Shown piece by piece: positions 49,104 through 59,593 of a stretch of DNA of 64,000 nucleotides. A program made the translations under genes and the position numbers. Below the pieces are notes generated by a model that saw only the letters and a program-made list of their open reading frames with translations, was not told the origin of the DNA and searched no databases. The stretch lies in the NCBI GenBank assembly GCA_902595595.1, contig CACJQX010000003.1:8260-72259 (forward strand). Direction: 5' to 3'. Positions within the stretch are counted from its first letter, which is position 1. Each line of letters opens with the position of its first letter. The DNA is from an uncultured Pelagibacteraceae bacterium (GTDB taxonomy: Bacteria; Pseudomonadota; Alphaproteobacteria; Pelagibacterales; Pelagibacteraceae).

Positions 49104-49906
49104 TCAGCTAGTGGTTTTAATAATTTTAAAATCTTTTTATGATTGGCTTTACTATTTGAAACAATAATATTTCCTCCAACAACAGGGTTTTTGTTGCCCC
49201 ATGTGGTTACTATTGCTCCTGCTGCTCTCACAATTGGTATTATAGGATGAATATCCCAAATCTTATTTGCACATTGTGCAACCATTTCAAGTCTACCTTC
49301 TGCTAATTGACAATAGGTCAATGCATCAAAACATGGAAACTGCATTCTTTTTATAAATTTTTTAATTTTAGATTGCTGTTTTAAAGTTAATTGATTATGA
49401 AAAGCAGCAGCTAATTTTGCATTCACAAAATTTAATTTTGAGTTAACTTTAAGTTTTCTTTTTTTATTATTTTCAAAAACAAATGCAGAATTTTTATTTA
49501 AATTTAAATAATATTTTCTCATTTTAGGGAAATTTGCTAATCCTAAAATTGGTTCTCCATTGTAATTTAATGAAATGAGATTGCTCCAACTAGGATTACC
49601 TACAACATATGATCTGGTTCCATCAATCGGATCAATCACCCAAGAAAATTCGCTTTTAGTATTTTTATGACCATATTCCTCACCAATAATTTGGTGATTA
49701 GGAAATTTTTTTGAAATTTTAGATCTTATGAATTTTTCAAATGCTTTGTCTGATGTTGTTACAGGATCGTAACCTTTGCCTTTCATCTTATTGGTTATCT
49801 TAAATGGCTTATCTAACTTTGCGTAATAAAACTTAGTCAAATCTTTAGCAAGTTGATTTAAAAAGCTTGCATATATTGGATATTTTTTTATATCAAATTT
49901 TTTCAC
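49100..49906 (-). CDS. Inositol monophosphatase family protein, probable histidinol-phosphatase (HisN-like)
   Basis: DPVT..D, GEE, WVIDPIDGT and WDI motifs. Confidence 0.8.
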   Translation of the reverse strand: MKKFDIKKYPIYASFLNQLAKDLTKFYYAKLDKPFKITNKMKGKGYDPVTTSDKAFEKFIRSKISKKFPNHQIIGEEYGHKNTKSEFSWVIDPIDGTRSYVVGNPSWSNLISLNYNGEPILGLANFPKMRKYYLNLNKNSAFVFENNKKRKLKVNSKLNFVNAKLAAAFHNQLTLKQQSKIKKFIKRMQFPCFDALTYCQLAEGRLEMVAQCANKIWDIHPIIPIVRAAGAIVTTWGNKNPVVGGNIIVSNSKANHKKILKLLKPLAE

Positions 49907-49973
49907 AATGAACTCTTACTATTTAATTTATGTTGATTAAAGTTAAATTTTAAATAATCCTTAGCTTACTATT

Positions 49974-51077
49974 ATGAAAATCGAGCTAGTTGAAAATAAG
50001 GTTTATTTTAATAATGGGTCTGAAAAAAAAGAAATTCACCCATTCTGGTTAAGAGAAAGAGTTAATGGTGAGGAGTATTTAGATAAAGGAACTCAGCAAA
50101 GACTTTTTGATCCTACCTTTTTAAGTAATAATATTTCAATAAATAAAGTAAACCTTAATGAAAAATACTTAGAGGTTGATTTTAATGACGGTGTTAATTC
50201 AAAATTAGAAATTGATAAAATTACCTCTGAATTTTCAAAAGAAGATATTGTAATAAAATCTATTGAAAAAACTAAGTGGGACTCCTCTTTAAAAAATATA
50301 AAAAATTTTGAATACCAAGAAAATTTTTACGAAAGTAAAGAGATGCACGATCTACTTGTTTCATTTTACAAATATGGTTTTGTAATAATTAAGAATATTC
50401 CAACATCTAAAAATTATATTGTGGAATTTGCTAATTCTATAGGCAGTGTTCGAAGAACAAATTTTGGTGAATATTTTAATGTAAAATCCAAACCTGATCC
50501 AAACGATCTTGCTTATACTTCATTGGCCTTAGCACCTCATACTGACAATCCTTATAGAAATCCTGTACCATGTATTCAAATTTTACATTGTATAGAAAGT
50601 AAAGTTTCAGGAGGATTATCAACATTAGTAGACGGTTATACAGTTACTGAAGATTTAAAAAATCAATACCCAGAATTTTATAAAATTTTAACTGAAGTAA
50701 AAGTTAGATTTAGATTCATAGATAATGAAGTAATTTTAGAAACTATCTCTCCTTTGATTGAACTAAACGAGGATAAGAGTTTCAAACAGGTAAGATTTAG
50801 TCCTAGATTAGACTATGTTCCAGTTTTAGAAAAAGAAAAATTAGATCTTTACTACCAAGCAAGAAAAAAAATATCCGAAATGTATAATTCAGATAAATAT
50901 AGAATTGAATTCAAACTCGAGCCAAAAGACTTAATGATGATGGATAATCACAGACTTCTCCATGGAAGAACAGCTTATGAAACAAAAGAAGGTGAAAGAT
51001 TTTTACAAGGTTGTTATATTGATTATGATAGTACCGAGGGAAAACTTAGACACTTAAAAAGAAAGTTTAATCTTTAA
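49974..51077 (+). CDS. TauD/TfdA family dioxygenase, gamma-butyrobetaine dioxygenase-like
   Basis: WLRE..TQQR N-domain, LAYT..L.PHTDNPY and DNHRLLHGR motifs. Confidence 0.88.
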   Translation: MKIELVENKVYFNNGSEKKEIHPFWLRERVNGEEYLDKGTQQRLFDPTFLSNNISINKVNLNEKYLEVDFNDGVNSKLEIDKITSEFSKEDIVIKSIEKTKWDSSLKNIKNFEYQENFYESKEMHDLLVSFYKYGFVIIKNIPTSKNYIVEFANSIGSVRRTNFGEYFNVKSKPDPNDLAYTSLALAPHTDNPYRNPVPCIQILHCIESKVSGGLSTLVDGYTVTEDLKNQYPEFYKILTEVKVRFRFIDNEVILETISPLIELNEDKSFKQVRFSPRLDYVPVLEKEKLDLYYQARKKISEMYNSDKYRIEFKLEPKDLMMMDNHRLLHGRTAYETKEGERFLQGCYIDYDSTEGKLRHLKRKFNL

Positions 51078-51654
51078 ACAAATTTTCTATTTGAGCTTCA
51101 GCCTCTTTGATTGATTTTTCATAATCTAGTGCCATTTGATCTGCACTAATTATATCTACTTTTTCTATACCAAAAAAATTAAGAATAAATTTTAACCAAG
51201 GAGTTAAAAAATCTTCTGAACTATTTAGTTTTGTTCCTCCAGAAGTAATAACTAGATATGCATGTTTGTTTTTTAACAATCCCTCTCTTCTACCATTTGG
51301 TTTAAATCTAAAAGTTTCACCTATACGAGCAGCTAAATCCGACCAAGCTTTAAGTGTTGCTGGAGGACCATAATTATAAATCGGAGCCGAAATTATTATG
51401 ACATCACTCTCTTTCAATTCCTTTACAAGTTTATCAGAAAGTTCAAACATTTTTTTATGTTCTTCTGTTTGATCTTTTTCATCTATATTCATTCCAGATT
51501 CTGTAAGCCCACTTACAAAGAGCATCTCATCATCTAAATCTCTATAAATAACTTCATCACCAGACTTTTTAATTTTATCTAAAAGTTTTTTTGCTAAAGC
51601 TCTAGAGGTAGAACCTTTTTTTCGAGCACTGGAGTCTATTTGATAAATTTTCAT
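51067..51654 (-). CDS. azoR: FMN-dependent NADH-azoreductase
   Basis: IDSSAR..S.SR.L, APIYNYG.PATLKAW and TSGG motifs. Confidence 0.85.
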   Translation of the reverse strand: MKIYQIDSSARKKGSTSRALAKKLLDKIKKSGDEVIYRDLDDEMLFVSGLTESGMNIDEKDQTEEHKKMFELSDKLVKELKESDVIIISAPIYNYGPPATLKAWSDLAARIGETFRFKPNGRREGLLKNKHAYLVITSGGTKLNSSEDFLTPWLKFILNFFGIEKVDIISADQMALDYEKSIKEAEAQIENLFKD

Positions 51655-51663
51655 TAATACCTT

Positions 51664-52371
51664 TTATCCGAATTTTTGCATAAAAGGAAAGATTTCAATG
51701 ATATAAAAACCAATAGCTTGTAATTGATTGGTTAAAATTAAAATACCTGTAACCAATAGAGTTATTCCACCAATTTTTGATATTAAACTAATATTTTTCT
51801 TAAAATTTTTAGAAAATAATAAAAATCTTTGAATTAAGTATCCAGACAAAACAAAAGGAATAGCAAGACCTAATGAATAGGAAATTAACAATATTAAAGC
51901 TCTTGATAAAGTTTCTTCAATAGATGCTAAAGCTAAAATTGAACCTAAAATTGGACCGATACATGGTGTCCAGCCAAAACCAAAAGCAACACCAATTACA
52001 TATGGAAAAAGAATATTTCTTGATTCTTTTGCATCAAATCTTTTTTCAAAATTTAAATATGGAATATTGATTATTCCAATTAATTGAAGAGAAAAAATTA
52101 TAATAATTATTCCAGCTGAAATTCTTAATACTTCTGAATTTTGCAAAAGTGCCTGTCCTAAAAAAGATGCTGACGCCCCTAAAATCACAAATACAGTTGA
52201 GAACCCTAAACAAAATAAAATTAATGGAAAAAAATTGATTTTTTTTTGATTTAAAATTTCTTGTAATGATTGGCCAGAGATATAAGAAATATATCCAGGT
52301 ATTAAAGGTAGAACGCATGGAGACAAAAAGCTTATAAGTCCTGCCCCAAAAGCAATTAAGATTTCAAACAT
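51664..52371 (-). CDS. ccdA: Cytochrome c biogenesis protein CcdA
   Basis: SFLSPCVLPLIP and GWTPCIGPIL motifs. Confidence 0.94.
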   Translation of the reverse strand: MFEILIAFGAGLISFLSPCVLPLIPGYISYISGQSLQEILNQKKINFFPLILFCLGFSTVFVILGASASFLGQALLQNSEVLRISAGIIIIIFSLQLIGIINIPYLNFEKRFDAKESRNILFPYVIGVAFGFGWTPCIGPILGSILALASIEETLSRALILLISYSLGLAIPFVLSGYLIQRFLLFSKNFKKNISLISKIGGITLLVTGILILTNQLQAIGFYIIEIFPFMQKFG

Positions 52372-55062
52372 TTATCCAGTATTTTTCATTGCTGCAGAAA
52401 TACCTGCAATCGATGTCATTAAAGCATCTTCAAGAAATTTTTTATCTAAATTTTTATATTTTTTATTTGTTAATTTATTCATTACATTTGCCTGCAGTAT
52501 ATTTAACATTTCTGTATAGTTATTTCTTATAAATAAAGACTTTCTAAATTCTTTTCTTTCTTTTACCACTTCTTTAGGAGTAATTTTATTATGCAATTTG
52601 ACCAATGCCTCAAATTGAAATCTTAATTTTTTACCAATTCTTTTTAGTGATGCATCAGCTAAATTATTTTCATAAATAACTGATATTTCTGGATCCACCT
52701 TTGAAATTACCATATCTAAAATATCCATCGTTGATACAAAGTATGGCCAATTTCTTTCCATGTCAGTCATTGTTTTTTTGAACTTTTTGATTGAAGCATA
52801 TCTCAATGCCTCGGTTGTCCCAAGCCAAGCAGGTAACATTAGTCTAATTTGTGTCCAAGCAAACACCCAAGGGATAGCTCTTAAACTTTGAATATTATCA
52901 ACATTCTTTCTTTTGGTTGGTCTTGATCCAATCGCAAGCTTTCCAAGTGATTTATGAGGTGTAACTGTTTTGAAGTAACGAATAAAATCCTCACTTTGAT
53001 TTAAGTATTTTCTATATGAGGATGTTGAAATTTCTGACATTTTTTGAATCAAATCACGCCAATTTGATTTTGATCTTGGTGGCGGATTTAAAGAAGCATC
53101 CATTACAGAGCCGATATAACTACATAGGTTATATTCAGCTAAAGGTTTGTATCCATACTTTTGTTGAATCACCTCCCCTTGATCAGTAATTCTTATTTTG
53201 CCATTAACTGTTCCTGAAGGTTGTGATTTTAAAGTAGCCTGAATAGGTCCGCCTCCTCTTCCTGGAGATCCACCTCTACCATGGAAGAAAACAAGATCTA
53301 TTTTATATTTTTTAGCTAAACTTCTAAGCTCCTCTTGAAGTTTATATTGATGCCAACTCGCAGATAATTTTCCAGCATCTTTACTAGAGTCAGAATATCC
53401 AATCATAACTTCCTGCTTTGAATTAATCATTTTTCTATACCATGGAAGTTTGAATAAATTTGTCATTACACCATCAGCATTTTTTAAATCATCTAAAGTT
53501 TCAAAAAGTGGCACAACTCTTAATAAATTTTTGTTTTGTGCCTGCATTTGTAAAAAATAAACAGATAAAATATCAGATGCTGTTGAGGTCATTGATATTA
53601 CATATGCACCTAGGCACTCAATTGGTGTTTTCGCTATCTGTTTGAGAGTATTCCAAACTTCTTTATTTTCCTTATCTTTTATTTTTATTTTATCTACAAA
53701 AAATTTTTTTTCTTTTATAGATTTATTTAATAATTTTACTTTTTCAATTTCACTTAAAGAAGAATATTTTATATTTTTTTTCTTTTTAAAAATTTCGTTT
53801 AAAAGTTTTTCATGTCTATCTGCCTCTTGTCTTATATCTAATCTTGCTAAATTAATTCCAAAGCACCTGACTCTTCTCATTAAATCTAAAAGGTCTGCAT
53901 TTGCAATATACTCACCTCGGTTTGCTTTTAATGATTTTCTTACTTCTCTTAATGGAAGAGTTATTTCATTTTTATTTTGAATTAATTTTTTTTCATCTAA
54001 ATCTGCACCGTTATTTAAATGATTTTCAATTAATTGATGGGTTAGTCTTACCTTATCCCTAATTGGTCTCAAATAAACTCTATAAGGTTCATAGCTATTT
54101 CCAGTTGCTCTTTTAATTTTTGTAGAGCATTCTTCCATTGATAAATCTTGTATCAATTTAGTAAGTTCTTTTTCATATAATTTTGCAGCTTGCCATCTAG
54201 AAAATAAAATTACCTTTTTTGTAACTTCAGCTGTTACATTGGGATTTCCGTCTCTATCTCCACCCATCCATGATCCAAATTGAATTGGATTAAAATCACG
54301 CGGTAAATCTTTCTTTAAATTTTTTCTGAATATGTCGTTAAGTCTTTTATAAACTTTAGGAATGGTGTCCCATAGACTATCCTCTATAACAGCTAAACCC
54401 CACCTCGCTTCATCTAATGGAGATGGTTTAGTCCTTTTAAGTTCATCTGTTTTCCATATTATTGCAATTTCCGAGTAGAGCTTTCTATCTAATTCTATAA
54501 TCTTAGATGGATATTTTTTATAAAGATGTCTTTGCTCCATAATTTCAATTAAATTGGCATATTTTTGAATTAAAGTTCTTCTTTTTACTTCAGTAGGATG
54601 AGCGGTAAGTACAATGCCTATATCAAGTTTTGTGGCTTGTTCGTAAATTTTTTTATCCGAAATTTTTTTATTTTTAAATAAACTTTCTATTATATCTTCA
54701 ATGAAAAGATTTTGATTTTTACTTTTAAAATATGGATTTTCAAATTCATTTAACTTTCTAGATGCATCTAATGACTCAGCTAAATTCATTAAATTTAAAA
54801 TATGTGAAAATGCTCTTGTTAATTTAAATGTATTTTTAGAAGAAAGTTTTTTTACTTCTTTCGAAATTTTTGAAAAAATTTTACTTTTATTTTTATCTGA
54901 TAAAGTATTTTTTGATAATAATCTGAATTTTTCAACAATTTCAAAAAAAACTGAACCTTCCTGATCTTTGATTACTCTTCCAAGAAAAGTTCCTAATAAT
55001 CTAATATCTTCTCTTAAAAGCTTTGTTGGTATTCGCTCATAGTAAAGATCTCTTTTCTTCAT
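52372..55062 (-). CDS. ppc: Phosphoenolpyruvate carboxylase
   Basis: VLTAHPTE, WMGGDRDGNP, MIGYSDSSKDAG, FHGRGG, LRAIPWVFAWTQ and C-terminal KNTG motifs. Confidence 0.97.
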   Translation of the reverse strand: MKKRDLYYERIPTKLLREDIRLLGTFLGRVIKDQEGSVFFEIVEKFRLLSKNTLSDKNKSKIFSKISKEVKKLSSKNTFKLTRAFSHILNLMNLAESLDASRKLNEFENPYFKSKNQNLFIEDIIESLFKNKKISDKKIYEQATKLDIGIVLTAHPTEVKRRTLIQKYANLIEIMEQRHLYKKYPSKIIELDRKLYSEIAIIWKTDELKRTKPSPLDEARWGLAVIEDSLWDTIPKVYKRLNDIFRKNLKKDLPRDFNPIQFGSWMGGDRDGNPNVTAEVTKKVILFSRWQAAKLYEKELTKLIQDLSMEECSTKIKRATGNSYEPYRVYLRPIRDKVRLTHQLIENHLNNGADLDEKKLIQNKNEITLPLREVRKSLKANRGEYIANADLLDLMRRVRCFGINLARLDIRQEADRHEKLLNEIFKKKKNIKYSSLSEIEKVKLLNKSIKEKKFFVDKIKIKDKENKEVWNTLKQIAKTPIECLGAYVISMTSTASDILSVYFLQMQAQNKNLLRVVPLFETLDDLKNADGVMTNLFKLPWYRKMINSKQEVMIGYSDSSKDAGKLSASWHQYKLQEELRSLAKKYKIDLVFFHGRGGSPGRGGGPIQATLKSQPSGTVNGKIRITDQGEVIQQKYGYKPLAEYNLCSYIGSVMDASLNPPPRSKSNWRDLIQKMSEISTSSYRKYLNQSEDFIRYFKTVTPHKSLGKLAIGSRPTKRKNVDNIQSLRAIPWVFAWTQIRLMLPAWLGTTEALRYASIKKFKKTMTDMERNWPYFVSTMDILDMVISKVDPEISVIYENNLADASLKRIGKKLRFQFEALVKLHNKITPKEVVKERKEFRKSLFIRNNYTEMLNILQANVMNKLTNKKYKNLDKKFLEDALMTSIAGISAAMKNTG

Positions 55063-55948
55063 TACTTATAATAAATTTTTTTTGTAAAATTCCTCTTGCA
55101 TTTGTTTTTACACTAAAAAAGAATCCTGAATATCTAAATTTTCGCAGATCTGCTTTGCTCATCCCTTTTGTAGCTGTTGAAACATAAAGTTCTTTAGTAT
55201 TTTTACCTCCAAATGCACAATTAGTTATATTTTTTGCAGGAAACTGAATTCTGTGAATTAATTTTGCTTTTTTATTAAAAACAGAAATACAAGCACCATG
55301 GAAATGAGCTACCCATAAATTTTTATTTTTATCTAAAGTCATTCCATCTGGTGAACCCTCATCAGAAGATAATTTTTTAAATATTTTTTTACTAACTATT
55401 TTATTATTTTTATTTATTTTAATTTTATAGATAGTTTTTTTTGGACTATCTGTATGATAAAAATTATACTGATCAATAAACGCTGGTCCATTAGTAATTC
55501 TATAATTTTTATCAACTTTTATTAATTTAAAATTTTTATCTAATTTATATAAAGAACCTTTTTCAATTTTTCTTTCCAAGTTGTCCATGGTGCCAAACCA
55601 AAGATTTCCAGCAGGATCTGTTTTACCATCATTAATTCTATTTAGTTTCAAGTTTGGTTCTATCTTTATTGATTTTAAAATTTTTTTTGATTTAAGATTT
55701 TGAATTCTTAATTCTCCCTGAAGACCTAAAATAAAAATATAATCTTTGATATGAGCGATAAAACCAATTTCTTTATTTACTTTAAAAATTTTCTTTTTTT
55801 TATTTTTAATATTGAAAGAATAAATTTTCTTTTTTTTAATATCTACAAAATAAATTGAATTATGTTCACCAACCCATAATGTTCCTTCACCTAAAGTACA
55901 TCTTATTTTCCAAAGAGGTTTAGGTTCTGAGGTTTTTATTTTATTCAT
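55037..55948 (-). CDS. SMP-30/gluconolactonase family sugar lactone lactonase
   Basis: LGEG, RINDGKTDPAG, ITNGPAF, PDGMTLD and TNCAFGG motifs. Confidence 0.92.
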   Translation of the reverse strand: MNKIKTSEPKPLWKIRCTLGEGTLWVGEHNSIYFVDIKKKKIYSFNIKNKKKKIFKVNKEIGFIAHIKDYIFILGLQGELRIQNLKSKKILKSIKIEPNLKLNRINDGKTDPAGNLWFGTMDNLERKIEKGSLYKLDKNFKLIKVDKNYRITNGPAFIDQYNFYHTDSPKKTIYKIKINKNNKIVSKKIFKKLSSDEGSPDGMTLDKNKNLWVAHFHGACISVFNKKAKLIHRIQFPAKNITNCAFGGKNTKELYVSTATKGMSKADLRKFRYSGFFFSVKTNARGILQKKFIISNEEKRSLL

Positions 55949-57113
55949 TTACTTCAAATTCCTTTATAAAGTCTTGATCAGGGTTAATACCAATACCTAC
56001 ATTATCTGTTACTGATGCAAAACCATTATTGTTTTTAACTTGGTCTAAAATTGAAAATTCTTCCTTTGGCAAATCTGTGATAAAAATATTTTTTTCTGTT
56101 GTATCAAACTCGAGCATAGATTTAGATGGAAATAATCCACCTGGCATATCTGGTTGTGCTGTCAACAAATGGAGGTTAACTGCAATACTCACTGCAGAGC
56201 CCCATACATGATTAATTACTGGTATAAAATTTGCTTGCGCTAATGCTGCAACTTTTAAATACTCCGTAATTCCGCCAAGTCCACAAACCTCTGGTTGAGC
56301 TATATCAATACACTTATTTGATATTAATTTATTCCAGCCATATTTGGTAAATTCAGCTTCTCCTCCCGCAATGCTAGTGGAAATTTTTTGTTTTAATTCT
56401 CTATAACCCTCATAATCTTCAGGAGCCACAGGTTCTTCAAACCAATAAATATCTAGCTCATCTAAACCTTTTCCAACATAAAGAGCATCTTTCAAATTAT
56501 AAGCGTGATTGGCATCAACCATTAATTTAAAATCTTTTCCAACAGTGTCTCTCACAGCTTGAACCAACTTTAAATCTTCTTGTGGACCTAATCCAACTTT
56601 CATTTTCATTGCTTTAAAATTTTTTGATTTTATTTGCTTAGATTCTTCTTTGAACAAGGCGATCAATTCATCAACTGATTTTTTTTGTAACATCATTCCA
56701 TATCCATATACTGGAACTTCATTATTACATTTACCACCTACAAGCTGATAAAGAGGAGTTTTAGTTTTCTTTCCAAGAATATCCCATAAAGCAATATCTA
56801 CTCCTGATAATGCTTGAATTGGCATACCCTTTTGACCGCTATCTCTTAAAAGATTGTATACTTTTTGCCAGATGTGTTCTTTGTTTAAAGGATCTTCACC
56901 AATTACTAAAGGCTGTATAACCTTTTCAACAATAAACTTGTTTGCTAAAGCTATTTTTCCAGGACCAAAACATTCACCCCAACCTGTTATTCCCTCGTCT
57001 GTTTTAACTTCAACAAGATGAGCTGTACGATGTTTATAATACTGTTGTGAGTAACCAAGTTCTTTTTCTAACTCATATCTAAGTACATGACTTTTAATAG
57101 AAGTTATTTTCAC
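55941..57113 (-). CDS. Mandelate racemase/enolase superfamily enzyme, D-galactarolactone cycloisomerase (Gci)-like
   Basis: GWGECFGP, YNLLRDSGQKG, KMKVG, VDANH, FEEPV, GGEA, HVWG and LEFD motifs; resemblance to Gci is from recall. Confidence 0.8.
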   Translation of the reverse strand: MKITSIKSHVLRYELEKELGYSQQYYKHRTAHLVEVKTDEGITGWGECFGPGKIALANKFIVEKVIQPLVIGEDPLNKEHIWQKVYNLLRDSGQKGMPIQALSGVDIALWDILGKKTKTPLYQLVGGKCNNEVPVYGYGMMLQKKSVDELIALFKEESKQIKSKNFKAMKMKVGLGPQEDLKLVQAVRDTVGKDFKLMVDANHAYNLKDALYVGKGLDELDIYWFEEPVAPEDYEGYRELKQKISTSIAGGEAEFTKYGWNKLISNKCIDIAQPEVCGLGGITEYLKVAALAQANFIPVINHVWGSAVSIAVNLHLLTAQPDMPGGLFPSKSMLEFDTTEKNIFITDLPKEEFSILDQVKNNNGFASVTDNVGIGINPDQDFIKEFEVNE

Positions 57114-57119
57114 AATTAA

Positions 57120-57962
57120 TTATAAAGCAACTACCTTCGAGTTTTGCTCTCCTAGGTTTTCTATTGACAATTTCATTGTATCACCTGCTTTTAAAAACTG
57201 TTGAGGTTTCATTCCCATACCAACTCCTGGAGGTGTTCCAGTTGTAATTATATCGCCTGCTTGAAGAGACATATATTTACTCAAATAAGAGACGATAACA
57301 TCGACGTTAAATATCATTGTACTTGTATTACCTGTTTGCATTCTTTTTCCATTAACATCTAAACTCATCTTTAAATTGTTAACATCTGCAATTTCATCTT
57401 TAGTAACAAAGTAAGGGCCGATTGGTCCATAAGTGTCGTGGGATTTTCCTTTAACCCATTGACCCATTTTTTCAATTTGCCATTCTCTTTCACTCACATC
57501 ATTAACCAAACAATAACCTAATATATGATCTTGAGCTTGGCTTTCAGAAATGTGTTTTGTTTCTTTTCCTATAATAATCCCAAGTTCAACTTCCCAGTCT
57601 AATTTTTTAGATCCAGAAACTATTTCAACGTCATCATTAGGTCCAACTATACAACTAGTAGCTTTCATAAAAACTATTGGTTCAGAAGGAACATCAGCTC
57701 CAGTTTCAGCAGCATGATCAGAATAATTTAATCCAATTGCAACAAATTTTCCAGGCTTAGTAATACAAGATCCTATTCTATCACTTGCAGATAATTCTGG
57801 TAAAGATGATAAATCAGCACTTTGTAATTTAGAAATAGTTTCAAAATTTAAATGATCTGGATTTAAATCTTTAACGTGAGAGCTAATATCTCTAATTTTA
57901 CCATCCTTATCTAATACAGCTGGTTTTTCGCTTCCTTTATTTCCTACTCTTAATAATTTCAT
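57120..57962 (-). CDS. Fumarylacetoacetate hydrolase family protein
   Basis: IGLNYSDHA, DWEVEL, NDVSER, WVKGK and TGTPPGVG motifs. Confidence 0.92.
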   Translation of the reverse strand: MKLLRVGNKGSEKPAVLDKDGKIRDISSHVKDLNPDHLNFETISKLQSADLSSLPELSASDRIGSCITKPGKFVAIGLNYSDHAAETGADVPSEPIVFMKATSCIVGPNDDVEIVSGSKKLDWEVELGIIIGKETKHISESQAQDHILGYCLVNDVSEREWQIEKMGQWVKGKSHDTYGPIGPYFVTKDEIADVNNLKMSLDVNGKRMQTGNTSTMIFNVDVIVSYLSKYMSLQAGDIITTGTPPGVGMGMKPQQFLKAGDTMKLSIENLGEQNSKVVAL

Positions 57963-57983
57963 ATTTATCCTTTTGTTATTAAA

Positions 57984-58727
57984 TTATATTGAAATTCCAC
58001 CATCAACATGAATTGTACTTCCTGTTGTAAATGTTGCATCATCGCTAGCTAAATAAACAGCTACAGCTGCTATTTCTTCTGCGGTTCCTAATCTTCCCAT
58101 AGGTTGTCTTGCTATAAAATCTTTTTTTGCTTGAACAAGATCAGGGCTTTGATTGACCCTATCTTGCCAAGAAGGCGAATAAACTGTACCTGGCGCAATT
58201 GAATTACATCTAATATTTTGTTTAACAAAATCTGCAGCGATAGCTTTTGTTAAACCAATCACTGCACCCTTTGTTGTTCCGTAAACAAATCTATTCGGAA
58301 AACCTTTAAAGCTAGATGCACATGAAGATATATTAATAATACTTCCACCATTTTGTTTAATCATTATAGGTAAAATAGCTTTGCACATAAAGTACATCGA
58401 CTTAACATTTACATTAGAAGAAAAATCCCAATCTTTTTCATCACATTCCAATATTGTTCCATGATGAACAAATCCAACAGCATTAAATAAAACATCAACT
58501 CCATCTAAAGTTTTAGTAAACTCTAAAATTGCATTGTTGTCTGTTGAGTCTAGCTTTTGCACTTTTATCTCAGGATATTCTTTGTTTAAATCAGCTAAAG
58601 TTTTATCATTTAAATCAGTTGCAGTTACTTGAGCACCCTCTTTATGAAATGCTATTGCTGTTGCCTTTCCAATCCCTTGGCCTGCTGCTGTTACGAGAAT
58701 TTTTTTACCTTCTAATCTTCCACTCAT
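57984..58727 (-). CDS. SDR oxidoreductase, 2-keto-3-deoxy-L-fuconate dehydrogenase/BDH2-like
   Basis: TAAGQGIG, GFVHHGTILEC, YGTTK and ARQPMGRLG motifs. Confidence 0.85.
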   Translation of the reverse strand: MSGRLEGKKILVTAAGQGIGKATAIAFHKEGAQVTATDLNDKTLADLNKEYPEIKVQKLDSTDNNAILEFTKTLDGVDVLFNAVGFVHHGTILECDEKDWDFSSNVNVKSMYFMCKAILPIMIKQNGGSIINISSCASSFKGFPNRFVYGTTKGAVIGLTKAIAADFVKQNIRCNSIAPGTVYSPSWQDRVNQSPDLVQAKKDFIARQPMGRLGTAEEIAAVAVYLASDDATFTTGSTIHVDGGISI

Positions 58728-59593
58728 TTTTTATTTATCCTTTCGATTTCATTATAAAGTGAACTATGATCAGTGTTTCCATGACCATTATCGACAAGGG
58801 TTTTATACATTTCTTTCACTAAATTTGAAATAGGTAAATGTGTATTATATGAATTTGCACACTCTAAAATGTTATTCATATCTTTTAAATGGGTAAAAGT
58901 TTTACCTTTTGGAGTAAAATCTTTATCTATCATTCTTTTTCCATGAGTTTGTAAAATTTTACTGTCTGCCCAACCTCCAGAAAGAGCTTTAATTAATTTT
59001 ACTGGATCAGCTCCAGCTTTTTCACATAAAGTTATTGCCTCCGCAACCGCTCCTATTGTAACTCCTACTACAATTTGATTTGCTAACTTTGAAACTTGTC
59101 CACTACCAATTGGTCCAACTAAAGTTGGATTTCCCATAGCTTTTAAAATATTTATAGAATTATCAAAGACACTTTGCTCTCCTCCAACCATTATAGCTAA
59201 TGAAGCTTCCTCAGCTCCAATTGTTCCTCCTGAAACCGGTGCATCTAAATAATTCACATTTTTTGATTTTAGACTATTTCCATATCTTGTTGCTGTCGTT
59301 GGTTTAACCGAACTCATATCAATAACAGTTGATCCAGATTTTAAATTTTGTAATAAATCTGAATTACTCATTATTGCATCAACAGCGCTATCATCTGTTA
59401 ACATTGTAATAATAAAGTCATTATCTTTAACAACTTCACCTAATGTTTTTGATATTTCAGCGCCAAACTCTTTCAAAGGTTCTGCTTTATTAATTGAACG
59501 ATTGAATACTTTTAGTTTAAAATCTGATTTTAATAAATTTTTAGCCATTGGCAGGCCCATAAGACCTGTTCCAATAAAGCCTATTTTCATCAT
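58724..59593 (-). CDS. Beta-hydroxyacid dehydrogenase, tartronate semialdehyde reductase (GarR/GlxR)-like
   Basis: FIGTGLMGLPMA, LDAPVSGG, GSGQVSKLANQ and GGWADS motifs. Confidence 0.85.
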   Translation of the reverse strand: MMKIGFIGTGLMGLPMAKNLLKSDFKLKVFNRSINKAEPLKEFGAEISKTLGEVVKDNDFIITMLTDDSAVDAIMSNSDLLQNLKSGSTVIDMSSVKPTTATRYGNSLKSKNVNYLDAPVSGGTIGAEEASLAIMVGGEQSVFDNSINILKAMGNPTLVGPIGSGQVSKLANQIVVGVTIGAVAEAITLCEKAGADPVKLIKALSGGWADSKILQTHGKRMIDKDFTPKGKTFTHLKDMNNILECANSYNTHLPISNLVKEMYKTLVDNGHGNTDHSSLYNEIERINKK

